DNA from: Lepidodermella squamata | Lineage: Eukaryota > Animalia > Gastrotricha | Assembly: GCA_047495785.1 (NCBI GenBank) | Contig: JBLDXI010000024.1 | Span: forward strand, 1,488,001 to 1,552,000 | Reading direction: 5' to 3' | DNA length: 64,000 nt | Part shown: piece after piece, positions 11,314 to 24,024 of the stretch | How positions within the stretch are numbered: the first letter of the stretch is position 1 | How the letters are laid out: every line of letters begins with the position of its first letter | Notes under the pieces: generated by a model | Databases searched by the model: none | Seen by the model: the letters and a program-made list of their open reading frames with translations, nothing else | What the model was told of the DNA's origin: nothing | Made by a program: the position numbers and the translations under genes

Positions 11314-13884
11314 TTAAAGCACGTCATCTGTTTGGCAGAAGCAGAACTTTTTAGCCGCTGATAGGCCTAGAATGCACCATGAAGTATTGCCATAAGCATT
11401 TATCCGTTGAATATCGCCGCCAACAGTCCATGAATCACTTGATTTTGGCGTCACTCTTGAAATTTGAGCCTCAAATAATGCATCGTTTGGTTTCGCATGA
11501 GCTATAATGGTATATTCCTCACTCGCCGGCTGGGCGCCTCGAACCCAACCGCCGCCAAATGTAACACTACTACCAGCCCCGAGCCGACTTGCTGATTCAA
11601 TGTGGTCCAAACTTAACCGGGCACATCGGTACTTATCATCGGCGAAATGCGTATGGGGAGGTGCGAATTTTGTTTGCAAGTCGCGGTTGATTTGGTCTAT
11701 TAGGAAAACGGCAGCTTCGTGAACGGTTGGGTCGTTGTTAGGATCCTGAATCGGTGTCTCGTGATAGCAGCCGCAGTAAATTTCCGGAATGTTAGCTTGA
11801 AAGCAGCTTCGGCTAACTGGAATTACTTCGGAGAGAAAACTCGTCGACCAACGTTGAGGATTCCAGCCAGGCAGATGGGGAAAATCTTGTTTTTAATAGA
11901 AATAAAAATTATTAAAAAACCGAAAAAAATGTAAATAATCATTCAATAAAGCGTGTCCCATAAGTAACACAAGCAAAGAAAATACACGGAAAAGGGTTCA
12001 GTAACCCTTAAATGAGAGACGAAGTCACATCTCAAGGCCAGAAAATTTTTAGAAAAATTCAAACAATCAAGAGAATAGTAATCCAGTATGTGACTAGTTA
12101 ATGGGATTAAAAAAGTCCGGAGAAATTTGGTCCAGCCGGGTAGAATACCACAAATTACCGAACCAGTAACCATCGGGATTTTCCGGGTTTTCTCCGGTAA
12201 ATTTTCAATTTATTCGGTTAAATCGCGGACAAAAATGCAATATTCTCTCGGTAGGTTTAATTTGAAAAAAATTAGTTGAATTTCCTACAAAAAGTTGCCA
12301 AATTAAAAAAATAGTTCTACGACACGCTGTAATTTGTTCGAAAATTTTATTGAATATTTTCTGGAATTCCTTACCTGCCGCCTTCTCAACCGAAGCATTT
12401 GGTGTCGAAAGGTGCAAAATGTGCTGCATAGTTTGATATAGGTCGAGTGGCGTTGTGAGTCGGTCAACATTCGCCTCAAAATTCTTCACTAATTTCGGAA
12501 ATTTGCGTTTGAAATCCTCAGGAATAATCGCACCGAAAAACGGCATTCTATCTTCAATACGTCCAATAATTGAATTTCGAATACTGCGAACAATTGATTT
12601 AAATTAGGTCATTTCGAGTTTCAAGTCTTACTTGTCGAAACGAGCTCCATGGTCAGAAAGCACAAAAATGAAGGTATTTTGGCGTATGAAATCGATTTTC
12701 ATCAGCCAGTCGAGTAAGCTCGCGAAATCTTTATCACAAATCGCTATTAAATTAGCCAAATCATGACTGGCCTCAACGACGAAGGTAAAGTCGAAAAACG
12801 GCTGTTTCAGCTTCGAATAAGTCGTCACAAATTGCTTCACGGTATAATCCCATAGCATATTGTGCTTTTTCCTACCCTCGTGGCACAAACTGGGCGAGGC
12901 GGAAACTGTCATTTTTGATTCGAGTATTTCCAAAACTGGCGTTAAGGCGGCTTCATAAGGATGGGCCTTCTCTAGGGCTAGGAAAAAATGCCGGCCGTAA
13001 TGGTCGACCGGGGCGTTTTTAAAGCCACTTTTTTGCCAGTGGAATGATTCAATCCTAGGATAGTCCTCGGTATAGCTAGTTACATAGCCGGCTTCTTTGA
13101 ATTTTTTCCAAATAAACGGGTAATCGTCATAATTCTCGCCTTTTGTCCCATCATGCGGCAGCTCGAGCTTTTCATCGCCGTAAACTTCAACCCGTTTGCC
13201 GGTGAAAAGCGGCACCAAATTCGGGTAAGTATTCTCGCCGACTTTGTTGTAGCCTTTATACTGAACGGCGCCGTATTTTTCCAATGTCTTCAGAGTTTCA
13301 GGCAGAGATCGATGAAAATTGAGCTGAGAAATCGAGTCAACGCCTAAAATAAGGACATTCCACGCGTTAGGATTCGGCCTTGTATTCGCAATGGGTTGAA
13401 TTTTCGCGAAGATATTGCTATACAATTCCTCGCCATTTTTTGAGCACACTATCTGTAATACTTCACTATCCCGCGGCCATTCGTCGGCGAATGGGAATTT
13501 TCGGATCGGGACAATCTCGCCGTAATTCAAGTTGAAATCATCGCCGCCTCTTGTAATGGCCTGATACGTGCAGGTTGCATTTTGGCGGTTAATTGGCAAT
13601 GTTAAAACGCCTGTTTCAGGGTCTTGTTCGATTGATATTTGATCGCTGACCGGCGGGCAGTCGAACGGGTTAACTTTGTGAACGAATTGCATAATGGAGG
13701 GGTCCCATGGGTCTAATACTGGTATGCGGCATTGATCTCGGTTTGATCCTGATCTCAGTTGCACTAGCGATTCTGGGTTGAAGTGGAAGATTGTTTCGAA
13801 AAACAGCGCCAAAACGCTGGCTAGGACGGAGAAGGCGAGCAGTACTACGACATTGCAACTTCGCGGCGACCGGCGATTAACCAT
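11314..13884 (-). CDS. DUF229-family protein, paralog B (complete)
   Basis: Exons 13884-12632, 12583-12375, 11885-11314 (introns 48 and 489 bp). Joins read SDHGARFDN|IRNSIIGRIEDRMP and AA|DFPHLPGW. Motifs GVDS, GENT, SHD, SDHG, NIPEIYCGC, KFCFC. Confidence 0.88.
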
Positions 13885-14597
13885 TAGTCTGATGATTTGT
13901 GGTCTAAATTTTGCGGAATAATAAATTAACTAGTACATCTTATATAATGTACCATGACATACCTCAATTTTGTCGTTCTTATTCTCCAAAAGTCAAACAT
14001 TAAGCCATGATATGTGTCCACGTCATGAAAGAACTACTATACCACGGCGGCGTTATCGCCAATGAATGACTTCTGAGAGTGATACGAGTCGTTATCTTGA
14101 AAATGTTATCGCTGTGATAATTATCAGCTATCAGCTTATAGAGCGGTGCGAAATTTGTGAATGAGATGCTGTGACCCACTTTTTATTTTAATTCGATAAA
14201 AAAATGGCCAAATGACTCGAACACGACTTGTTTTTATTCAGGAATTTTTACTACAACGCCATACTATTTTACATAGTCCTGAGAGCGTGGGTTAGTAAGG
14301 CGTAAATTCATCGGATGAGCATTGCAAGGTGAACAAATAAAACAGCTTGGTGAATACTACGGCGTATAGTAATTTCTCAGCCTGCTGCTGTCGTTGGTAA
14401 ATAGCAGCTATAGGAAATATTTATAACAGCGAAATCATCTTTATTTTGCATAATCAGCATTGAATCTGAATTTCAAGCGTCAAAATTGTGAAAATTTAAA
14501 TCCCTTTTTATTTCCAGAAAAATCACGAAAATAAGAATAAAAGCGGCTTTTTGAGTAGCGATGCAAAGCCCTTGGTGTCAAAAAATGTGGTGATCAA

Positions 14598-15839
14598 TTA
14601 TTTTTTCTTCAGCTTGACCCCGCTGATCATTTGTCGTAGAAAGCGGCAGATTCCCGAAGGTTCGAACGATGCCTCGTTAATTTCAACCGTACCACCTGTT
14701 TGGTTATTGAATCGAACCGTCGCCACGCCTGTTCCGCCAACAGTTGCATAAGCCTCATTCGTGCGTGGCGTTATACCAAAAAATCTGTAGACGTCCAGAA
14801 CGCCACGAGATTTTCTGATGTACGTAACCTGAGGCACGGAACCATATGCCTGCTCAGGCTGGGTATTAGCCAATGGCTCGGACGTTGCCGCTGATGAGTC
14901 ACCCTGCTCATTCGTCGCTGCTGCTTTGTCGCCCTCAATTTTACCAGGCTTCGGCCGCACGAAAAAATCGACCAATCTCGAAAACTTGACTCGCTTATTC
15001 TCGGGAATGTAAGCTACCTCAACGACGCCATCTGTCGTTGGGTAAACAGCCATAACTTCTTGGTGACTGCTGCTGCTGGCCTCGTTTTTACGTTTCTTAG
15101 CAACAGGCGGGATGCCGTAGAACCTGAAGACGTCCGGCATGAGTCGAAATGATTTGCTCGGTTTCACTCCAACTTGGTTCAAGTTAGTTTCCGACTTGCT
15201 ACGGGCTGTATCATCGGTAGCACGAACATCGCTAGTCACACAATCCATGCTAACAGCATCGCAGTAAATCACCGGTTGCGGTTCCTGTTGGCCTTTATTT
15301 TCCAGCGATTTGCTTCGGGAAATTGCGCCAATTCCGAAAAATTTCGAAACACTTTCCGGCACCCGACGGGTTTTCCGAGGCGGTACAACATTTTGGTATC
15401 CAGACGCAGGCTCATCGGCGTCTGAATCAGACAGAGCAAGGTCGTCGAGGTTTTCACTTGTTGGTTGCCTAGCTTCTGGCTCTGTTGACGTTGTAGTTTT
15501 CGGCTTTTGTTGCTCGTTGGAAGCTCGAAACATGTCCAACGAGTCGAAAATGAGTTTACCCATGGCATTCAATTCGTCGCGGCGGATTGTTGGCGGCGCC
15601 GGACGAGGGTTGACGAGTAGAATCGTCTCGCCAGGCCTTTGGTCCTCCTCGTCCTCTTCGATTGATTCGTCGGGAGAGTCAGGCGCTGCTGCTAGCGGCG
15701 TTTCATATTCAAGACGACCCAACTCCTCGACAACACTTTCTCGAGTAACAGGGTCGGCTGTATTTTCCGAGACTGGCTCTGGCGTCTCAGGTTGCTCATC
15801 AACCGTATTTTCTGGCGTGGATTCAGTAGCTGGATCCAT
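14598..15839 (-). CDS. Orphan, largely disordered 413-aa protein with three V-x-[KR]-F-[FY]-G-I repeats
   Basis: Uninterrupted 1242-bp ORF from ATG, acidic P/E/S/T-rich, no signal peptide or TM segment; the internal repeat motif supports a real coding frame. Confidence 0.7.
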   Translation of the reverse strand: MDPATESTPENTVDEQPETPEPVSENTADPVTRESVVEELGRLEYETPLAAAPDSPDESIEEDEEDQRPGETILLVNPRPAPPTIRRDELNAMGKLIFDSLDMFRASNEQQKPKTTTSTEPEARQPTSENLDDLALSDSDADEPASGYQNVVPPRKTRRVPESVSKFFGIGAISRSKSLENKGQQEPQPVIYCDAVSMDCVTSDVRATDDTARSKSETNLNQVGVKPSKSFRLMPDVFRFYGIPPVAKKRKNEASSSSHQEVMAVYPTTDGVVEVAYIPENKRVKFSRLVDFFVRPKPGKIEGDKAAATNEQGDSSAATSEPLANTQPEQAYGSVPQVTYIRKSRGVLDVYRFFGITPRTNEAYATVGGTGVATVRFNNQTGGTVEINEASFEPSGICRFLRQMISGVKLKKK

Positions 15840-16814
15840 TTTAATATTAAAGTGAAATACTGAAATATGCTAATTTTGATCGGTATTTATTGTACTATGA
15901 ATGAAGGTCATACACTAATTGGGTGTGGCGTTATCAATCTGGCGGCGGCGCACCCTCCGGTTACGCAATGAATCATTTCGTATTTTGTGGCGGTGAGCGG
16001 TTCATAATTAGGTCCTCATTTTGGCTCTCGATTTTGATAACAAAAATCAAGCACGATTGACCTTCTTGTGACTCAGTCTGCAAAACATTCCAAATTATTG
16101 AAGGAAGCTGTTGGGTATTTTTTAGAATTAGAAGAAAATAAATTAATAGTATTAGGGACAATTTTGGGACACGTCGAATATTTTATTTCGACCCAATTCG
16201 AATTATATACCTTGATTTTATTCGTGGAAAAAATAGAAAATTGAAAGAGAAAGTTATTACAATTCACAAGTTCATCGCATTCTTCTAACGGAAATTAATT
16301 TTTTATTACATTGCCCGAATATTCAAACTAACGCGCATGAAGAGCTCTTGATCAGCTGCAGTTATAATTGAAATCAAACTTATTTTTCGACCTTTTTTCC
16401 GGCTGTAATTACTATCGCCGGTTTTAATGACCGTGTTTACCCCAGCTTGACTGTCGATTTTTAGATAATGCGCAGCTTTTTGGGGCCTGTAATAAATTTG
16501 GGTACACACGCGCGCTCAGTATTTTACCTGCGTCGGTAAACATCTTGGGCGCATAATTGGCGGTTATACGCGTGCCTCACGCGGCACAAACAAAAAGTCC
16601 GCATACAGTATACATATACATGGAGTGACTTGAGGCGAGGCGGACGGATATACATTTTATACTGCAAGTGATGCGGATTTCGGCAACAAACACGCATGAA
16701 ATTACGTTGTCACTTGTTTATACACTCGACAGAGAAAATCGCCGTTTTAATTTCGGCCACACTTGTCATTTTTGTCGATACCTAATATTGTACCGGCTAC
16801 CTTAAATCTATAAT

Positions 16815-18214
16815 ATGAAGCCGAAGAAGAACAAAGTTTTGAAACTTCGCTCTTGCAAGGTTGTAGCTCTACTCGCGTTCGGATTGATTACTCTATCTGC
16901 CTTTGTGGCTCTGGCAATTTTCGACAGATTAGTCCTTTCAAGTGAAGTTTATCAGCATTCATCTTTCAGCCAGGTAAAAAATGAACTAATTTTTCACAAT
17001 ACACACAAATACTTATTTTTTAGCGCGACAATCATTTTGAATCCAGATTCGCGAAACGACGGGAGTTAGCTCGTCGTGTTTGCAAAAATTATGGAATGGA
17101 GCCGAAGAAAAACGTTATACCTTATGACGTTGTTTCCTATAAATCGATTTTAGTCGATGATCGACACAAATTGGTCTACTGCGCCGTTCCTAAAGTTGCG
17201 TCAACTTCTTGGAAGAAGATTTTAACTGCTATGAATTCGAAACCTGGCTCGCTTCGCTCTGACCCAGAAGCGATCAGCGATGAAGAAATCAACGATAGCA
17301 ACGTAACTTGGCCTCATTTAAAACGGCTTTACGACTACAGCCAAGTTGAAGCTGCTGTTAGATTACAGAATTACACCAAGATGATGTGGGTGAGAGACCC
17401 ACTTCAGCGCCTGGTTTCAGCTTGGCGGTCGAAATTTTCGCGTCAGACGAGGTTTTATTCAGAGGTCTTTGGCTCGTATATGATAAAAACATATCGAGCG
17501 AACGCGTCGGAGCAGGAAATTAAGAAAGGATCGCCGGTTAAGCTCAGGGAATTCATGTCCTATATCCGGGACGAAGGCCACGCCCGGGCTGATACGCACT
17601 GGTGAGCTTATTACTTTTCATTATCATTGTTCTAAACAGCGGGTAGTCATTATCACTCGCAAAAAACATCCTTAATTGAGGAATTAACTCATTAATTAAC
17701 GCCCTAAGAATTAATTTTTAAAATAAATGAGAAATTAACGTTCAAAAATCAATGAAAAAATTAAAAAAAAAATATTTTAATTTAATTTGCATATTTTTGA
17801 TATTTTTTTAATTTTAGAAAAAATTATTTTTTCTGAGAAATTTGAGAATATTCCCAACGTTTTTCTGTCTTCTGATAAGACTTTATCTAACAAATTTATC
17901 AAATAATTTTCAGGGAGTATTACTACGACTTGTGCCTTGTATGCCAGCTGCCCTTCGATTGGGACTACATTGGTCATTACGAGAACCTGGAGGAAGAAGC
18001 AAACTACATCCTATCAAAAATAACTCTCGGACAAGCGAAAACTTGGCTGTTCCCGTCCCGCAGCAACCCATCGATCATCTCACCGAATGGGCCATTCAAA
18101 TCAAACCAAGAAGAGCTGGATATGCTGCCAGCAAATTTGATAGACTTCATCGCTCAAATGTACCGCATTGACTACGACATGTTTGAATATGCTCTTCCGA
18201 AATTGAATGCTTGA
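16815..18214 (+). CDS. Carbohydrate sulfotransferase (Sulfotransfer_2; CHST8/11-like), type II Golgi protein
   Basis: Exons 16815-16973, 17024-17601, 17914-18214 (introns 50 and 312 bp). 5'PSB CAVPKVASTSWK, 3'PB VRDPLQRLVSAW, HW...C..C, YIGHYE, YRIDYDMFEY. Confidence 0.92.
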
Positions 18215-18419
18215 GAAATATTTTTTAGATTTAAAAAATTGTCTTCCTTGAGATCAATTCGTTCTTTACTTATCAAAACTATAATCATTCATTATTGCAA
18301 CGAGAAAAGTGAGACTGTGGCACAAAAAAGTTTCAGCTGAAAAACGCTATAGATAAAACAATAATCAGAGAGAGAGCGAGGGAGATAAGTCGAAAGGTTG
18401 CGGTGAAAATGACTCATTT

Positions 18420-21082
18420 TCAATACTTGACTTGGTCGCAGTAGCAAAACTTTTTCGCAGTCGACGAGCCGCCGATGCACCACGATTGATTGCCATAAGC
18501 ATTTATCCGCTGTATATCGCCGGCCAACATCCAAGGCGCCGTGTTTTCCGCGTCCGGCTTCCGCCCGGCGATGTGAGCCTCGAAAAGCGCCCCGCTTGGC
18601 TCAACGCGGGCTACGATTACAAAATCATCGCGGCTAGTTTCGACGCCGCGTAACCAGCCGCCGTTGTATATCACGCTTCTAGCAGCTCCGAGACGAGTTG
18701 CTGATTCAACACCGCCAAGGTTAAATTTTACGCATCGCGTATGGCCATCCATGAAATAAACGTTAGGTGGAACCCATTTCGTTTTGAGGTCTAGATTAAT
18801 TTGTTCCACGAGGAAATTTGCAGCTTCTCGAACTCTCGAATCAGAATTCGGTGATTCGATGGGTGTTTCTTTGTAGCAAGCGCAGTAATGCTCTGGAATG
18901 TTGGCCTGGTAGCAGTTTCGTGTGCGAGGTAACACTTCTGATAAGAAACTTGCTGACCATCTGCTTTCATCTTCACCGTAGAGCCGAGGAAATTCTGTTG
19001 AAAAATTGAATAAAAAATCGTTCGAATTACTAATAAAAATAAAAATTTAAGTTAAATCGGAATTGGAATATAAAAAATTCAGCCTTAAAATCCAAATTAA
19101 ATAACAAGTTTAATCACACAAATTCGATAGCTGAAAATTCTTCAAAAATAAAACTTCATAAAACTTCAAATAAAACTTCAAATCGCCCCATGATAAACGG
19201 CTTTGGCAGTCCGAAAATGAGCTCAAACTAGGCAAATCGGTTCCGAAAAGAGTAGGGAAAAAATAAAAAAACGAAAATCCGAATTTTGAAAATGTGGCGG
19301 CCGCAAAGGATCGAACCCGAGGCGCCCGCAAAGCAGGTTTTCCAAAAAGGATAGCGCCATTTAATTTATCCCGAAAAATCGTTTCAAGGACACTTTTTTC
19401 CGCGCCGACGACGATTTCTTAGCGGATGAAGGATGAAGGTCAGGTTAAATTAAAAAAATAGATAAATTGCCTTCAAAAAATTTGGTACTGGCGCAACTTT
19501 TAGGATAAGCTGAACAAGACGCCAAATTACCTGTCGTTGATTTGTTTTGCGTAGATAGATGAATAATATGTTGCATTGTCTGATGAAAGTCCAGTGGAGT
19601 CGAGAGGCGGTAACTATTAGCCTTCACATTAGCAGCTAATTGAGGATACTTTTGTTTGAAAGCTTCAGGTAGAATGACAGAAAAAAACGGCATCCGATCT
19701 TCGATTCGGCCAACGAGAGAATTTCTAATGCTAAAATAATTTTTAATTAATTTTAAAATTTTTGAGTTATTTTAATGAATCGCTTACTTGTCGAAACGAG
19801 CACCGTGATCTGAAAGAACAAAGACGAAAGTTCGCTCGCGAACCTGATCTATCGCCAGAACCCAGTCGAGCAATTTCTCTAAATCGTCATCACATATCGA
19901 GATCAAATTCGAAAAGTCGTGACTCGGCTCGCCTAGGAACGATATGGCGAAGTAAGGCTGGTTCAACGCTGTATAGGCTGTCAGCATTTGCTTAACACTG
20001 TAATCCCACAACATCTGGTACTTTTTGCGGCCTTGGAAGCACAAACTCGGCGAAGCTGTCAGCTTGATATTTTTCGACTCGAGCGCCTGCAAAACCGGAT
20101 TCAAAATCGAATCCAACGGGTGAAGCTTTTCGAGCGCCGAGAATAAATTCCGGCCATAGTGATCGGCCGGTTGTTGCTTGAAGCCCTTCTTCTGCCAATG
20201 GAAAGTTCCGATTCGAGGCATATCTTCCGTGTACATTGTCGCGTAACCAGCCTCCTTAAAATTCTTCCAGATAAACGGAAAATCGTCGAAATTTTGCCCA
20301 TTCGACCCATCATGGGGGAGGAGTAGCTTCTCGCCAGGCTGGAGTTCGATCCTACGACCGGTAAGGATTGGTACCAGATTCCCAAATGTATTGTCCCCGA
20401 CTTTATTATAACCCTTGAAAATAATTGCATTCGATTTCCGCAATTTTTCTAGAGATTTAGGCAAAGATCTCGCAAAGTTGAGTTGAGATATCGAATCTAT
20501 CGCTACGATAAGGACGTTCCAGGCGTTAGTATTCGGCTTCGAGGCACGAACAGGTAGGACCTTAGCGAAAATGTCCGAATACTTGACGCCTTTAGTGTTT
20601 GAGCAGGCAATTTCGATGACCTCAGAGTCTTTAGGCCAGTCTTCTAGGAATGGGAATTTTCTTATGGTTTCGTACCGGCCGTAATTGAGTGTATAGTCGT
20701 CATCGCCTCTCCTCATCGGCCGATATTGGCATGTGAAGTTGTGATTATTGACTGGCATGTACAGCGCACCGGTTTCCGGGTCTTGGTCTATCCTTATATC
20801 ACTGCTGACCGGTGGGCAATAAAGGGGTTCAACCTCCTTAACGTACTGCATAATACTTGGATCCCACGGGTTGAGAACAGGCAGGTGGCAAACTTCACTG
20901 CCAGCTGTTGAAAGCAGGGTTTCGAGAGATTTCGGGTTGAAAGCGACGAGGGTGTGAAGGAACAGAGCCATTGCGGTTGAAATTGCGAGGAAAGCGCCTA
21001 TACTCGGCAAATTGAAGCCTCGATATCGGTTCAGGCGCCAGAACATCACGGTGACAACAAACTGCTTACCCTCTAACGTCAT
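18420..21082 (-). CDS. DUF229-family protein, paralog C (complete)
   Basis: Exons 21082-19788, 19730-19531, 18994-18420 (introns 57 and 536 bp, same positions as paralog B). Motifs AIDS, GDNT, SHD, SDHG. Confidence 0.88.
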
Positions 21083-23478
21083 CTATCTGAGGTAAAATTT
21101 ATTAAATTATTTTTATAAGATTATTTCATATGAAGAATAGCGCCGTTAGCGTCTGCACGAAATTTTTATGCCGTTTTCACGGTGATAAACGCGGTAAAAA
21201 TGTTATTATTAATACCTTGAATATCTTGACAATGGCTCACGTGATGCACCCATCGGGGACAATAAAATGATTAATTATAAGAAAAAACATTGAATTACGG
21301 GATAACAACTTTTACTGGCTTTTATTTATTTAACAGTACTTATTTGATGTAAACCATATTTTGAAAGAGAAAGCAGCGTTTTGTTAATAACTGTTGCCCA
21401 AGTGTTGGTTATATGAGCTGAAACGCGGTCGATACTGAACCCGCCCACAACTTAATGTGACAAAAGGTGTTGTACAAATATAGGAAATAGTTACATGCGT
21501 GTTTGTGTATTTTATGCAAATTTTTTTCGAAATAACTTGAAAACAAATATAGCGCCTGCAATCAGGTAGAAAGCCGTGTACCTGTAATAAAAGCTAAAGG
21601 CTGTATATGAGAAGGATATGTTCAGCTGAGAAAATAATAATAATAATATGCTAATAGACACTCAGGTAACTTGTACTTCGCGCAAGCTGATGCGTTGAAA
21701 AATCAATAAAAAAATGCTGTGAAGATCTAATCTCAATTTGCAAGCCTGAAAAATGCAGATAATACTAATAATAAGATCACTCAAAACAGACATAGGCACG
21801 CGTAAAAAAAATGAGCAATAATTATTATGCAAATTTTTTTCACGTAAAAATTGCGCTATTTACTATTACTTTGGAATGCATAAATTTAGCATCCCTACCT
21901 ATAATAAAATCTGGTATTTTTAATATTTTTTCATTTTATAGAAGAGTATAAATATAACCCACCTTAAATTGCTTATTTATAATATTTTTAACGATTTGTT
22001 ATCAGCACAGGCAACATATAACAATTAATATTAGGAAAATGAGCTGAACACACAGCAGATAGTAATAATTGTAGTGAGGCGGCGGAGAGCGACAACGGCG
22101 CGAGTGGCTATAATTAGTGTGGGGCATCATGCATGAGTCGAATATCGGCGCGGATATTTCAGCTCACGCGCTAAATTTTGCAAAATTAGCATTTGAATGA
22201 GAGAACAGGAGAGAGAAAAGCCGACAGCGTAAAATTACTAAACGCTTACACGCACATATACATATGGCTCAGCCCGGCCACAGGTAAGGCATATAACAAG
22301 CACTTCGCATAAATGTCTCTTGTGATGTAGATAGGCATAAAAATAAACACAACGCGTTTTCAGCTCAATAACACGAACTGCTGATACTGCTGCTACTGTG
22401 TGAAGGCCAAACGACACGGTGGCGGTGTTACCACTAACGATGTGCTACCTTGGCGTGCTGTGTTTTTGTGTCCCTGGACGCGCAGTTACTACGAGGTTAA
22501 CGCGCCAGGTATAATGCGACTTTACAGGAGGTGTGTACTCAACGCGCTTTTTGTTACTTTTGCTCGCAAATACGTAAGCATATTTCATATAGCTCAAGGC
22601 GGTATTTGTAGTGTTGTAATACGCGTCTCACATAATATTATTCGTTACGATTTTTTATTAGGATTGATGGCGCGCGTAGATCTGCGCAATTACTAGTGTC
22701 AAATATCGCGCACTATAGGCTGCAGCTTTTTGAGTAATTACATCATCCTAATATTTTCTCGCACCTGTTCCAGAAGTAGATCTAGATGAAGTTGATGTTA
22801 TGATGGAAAAAACAACGACTGAATCCAGGTTAATTTAGCTCGTAATGCTTGATAAACTCAGCTTGTCGTTGGCCCCAAAAATAGTATGGCTGAAAATCTT
22901 CAGTACAACCATCTCAGCAGGTTTATTCAATTAACAATGTCCCAAATATTACAGCTTGCCAAAATACAAAGGATAAAATTAGTTTGACTATGTTTTACAA
23001 TGTATTTTATTTTTAATTTCCAGTTCAAAATAATCGACACAGAGGTCAATGAGACTGAGGCGGACACGGCAGTATTTTTTGTTTGATCAAAATAAGATCA
23101 GAAACCCTCGAAATTTCGAATTGAAAAAAATTTCAATCTCAGGTAGACTATTTTAAAATTGTTACGATGTCCTGACCATGCCAAATAACGGAGCGCTCGT
23201 GTGAATTTCTCAGAGCCAACATCGAAAAGTAGTATTCCTCAAACGGGCAATCAACAAGTCATCAAATTCAAATTACTGTGAATTTTCAAAGTCATAAACA
23301 TAAAATCTTTTATTGTGTCTAAAGTCTAAATTCCGAAATCGCCCTTATTATGGTCATGAAAGGTTGAAGCTCCTAAATTTGCAAAATATTCAAATTATCA
23401 TTATTCTCTGTTAATCCAGACGGCGAATCCATCGATTATTTCTTCTTTTTTATTATTTTCAGTAGTCTGGAGCTAATA

Positions 23479-23807
23479 CCGTAACGTGTGGTGATTGTGG
23501 ACACGGTAACTTTGGACACTCTCGGCTTTGCAAGTGTTTAGCTTTTCAGGGTTGAACGTTTAAATCACGGTGGTTTTCGCATAAACTTCTCCGTCATTTC
23601 AATCCAAAATTAACCTCTAATTGTCCAAAGTTACCGGAACACATTTCAATTTGCCAAAAGTCAGGTAAAATTCTCAAAATTCTCAAAATTTGCAGTAAAT
23701 TCAAGAATCACCGTCCCCACCTTTGGTAAAAATTTCAAAAATTTGGGAGTAAAGGATGATTTTTAATGTTCGAAAAACACTTTGTCCAAAGATACACGTC
23801 GTTACGG
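23479..23807. mobile_element. Non-autonomous Tc1/mariner-pogo-type MITE
   Basis: TA|CCGTAACG ... CGTTACGG|TA termini with further imperfect inverted matches (ctttggaca / tgtccaaag); no ORF. Confidence 0.5.
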
Positions 23808-24024
23808 TATAAAAGATTACCCAACACTCCACCTTACTCTCATGGATCACTTAATTTTGTAAGTTCCCCCATGCGAGCTGCAACAAATTTAGGCGTAGTC
23901 ATTAATTGAATTAATTGTGATTTGGCAGACTCAACTTGCTTCACAATTGAAAAAATATGTAATGTGAGGATACGCGAAACGCGAAGAAAGCGTTATCGCC
24001 ACTGGTTGATATTTTATTCAATTC

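Noticed and set aside
15310-15855. 181-aa antisense ORF and the many 60-190 aa ORFs overlapping real genes (e.g. 57229-57810, 45789-46337, 8784-9290)
   Set aside because: Shadow frames of coding sequence; they recur only because the host genes are paralogous.
19293-19360. tRNA-like B-box (GGTTCGATCC...GCCGCCA) on the minus strand in the DUF229-C intron
   Set aside because: No cloverleaf, and a T5 run lies between the putative A and B boxes; at most a decayed tRNA-derived repeat.
21300-22760. Region with recurring GAGCTGAA / TTCAGCTC and TTATGCAAATTTTTT motifs
   Set aside because: Probably a decayed repeat, but I could not define termini, TSD or a regular period; not CRISPR-like.
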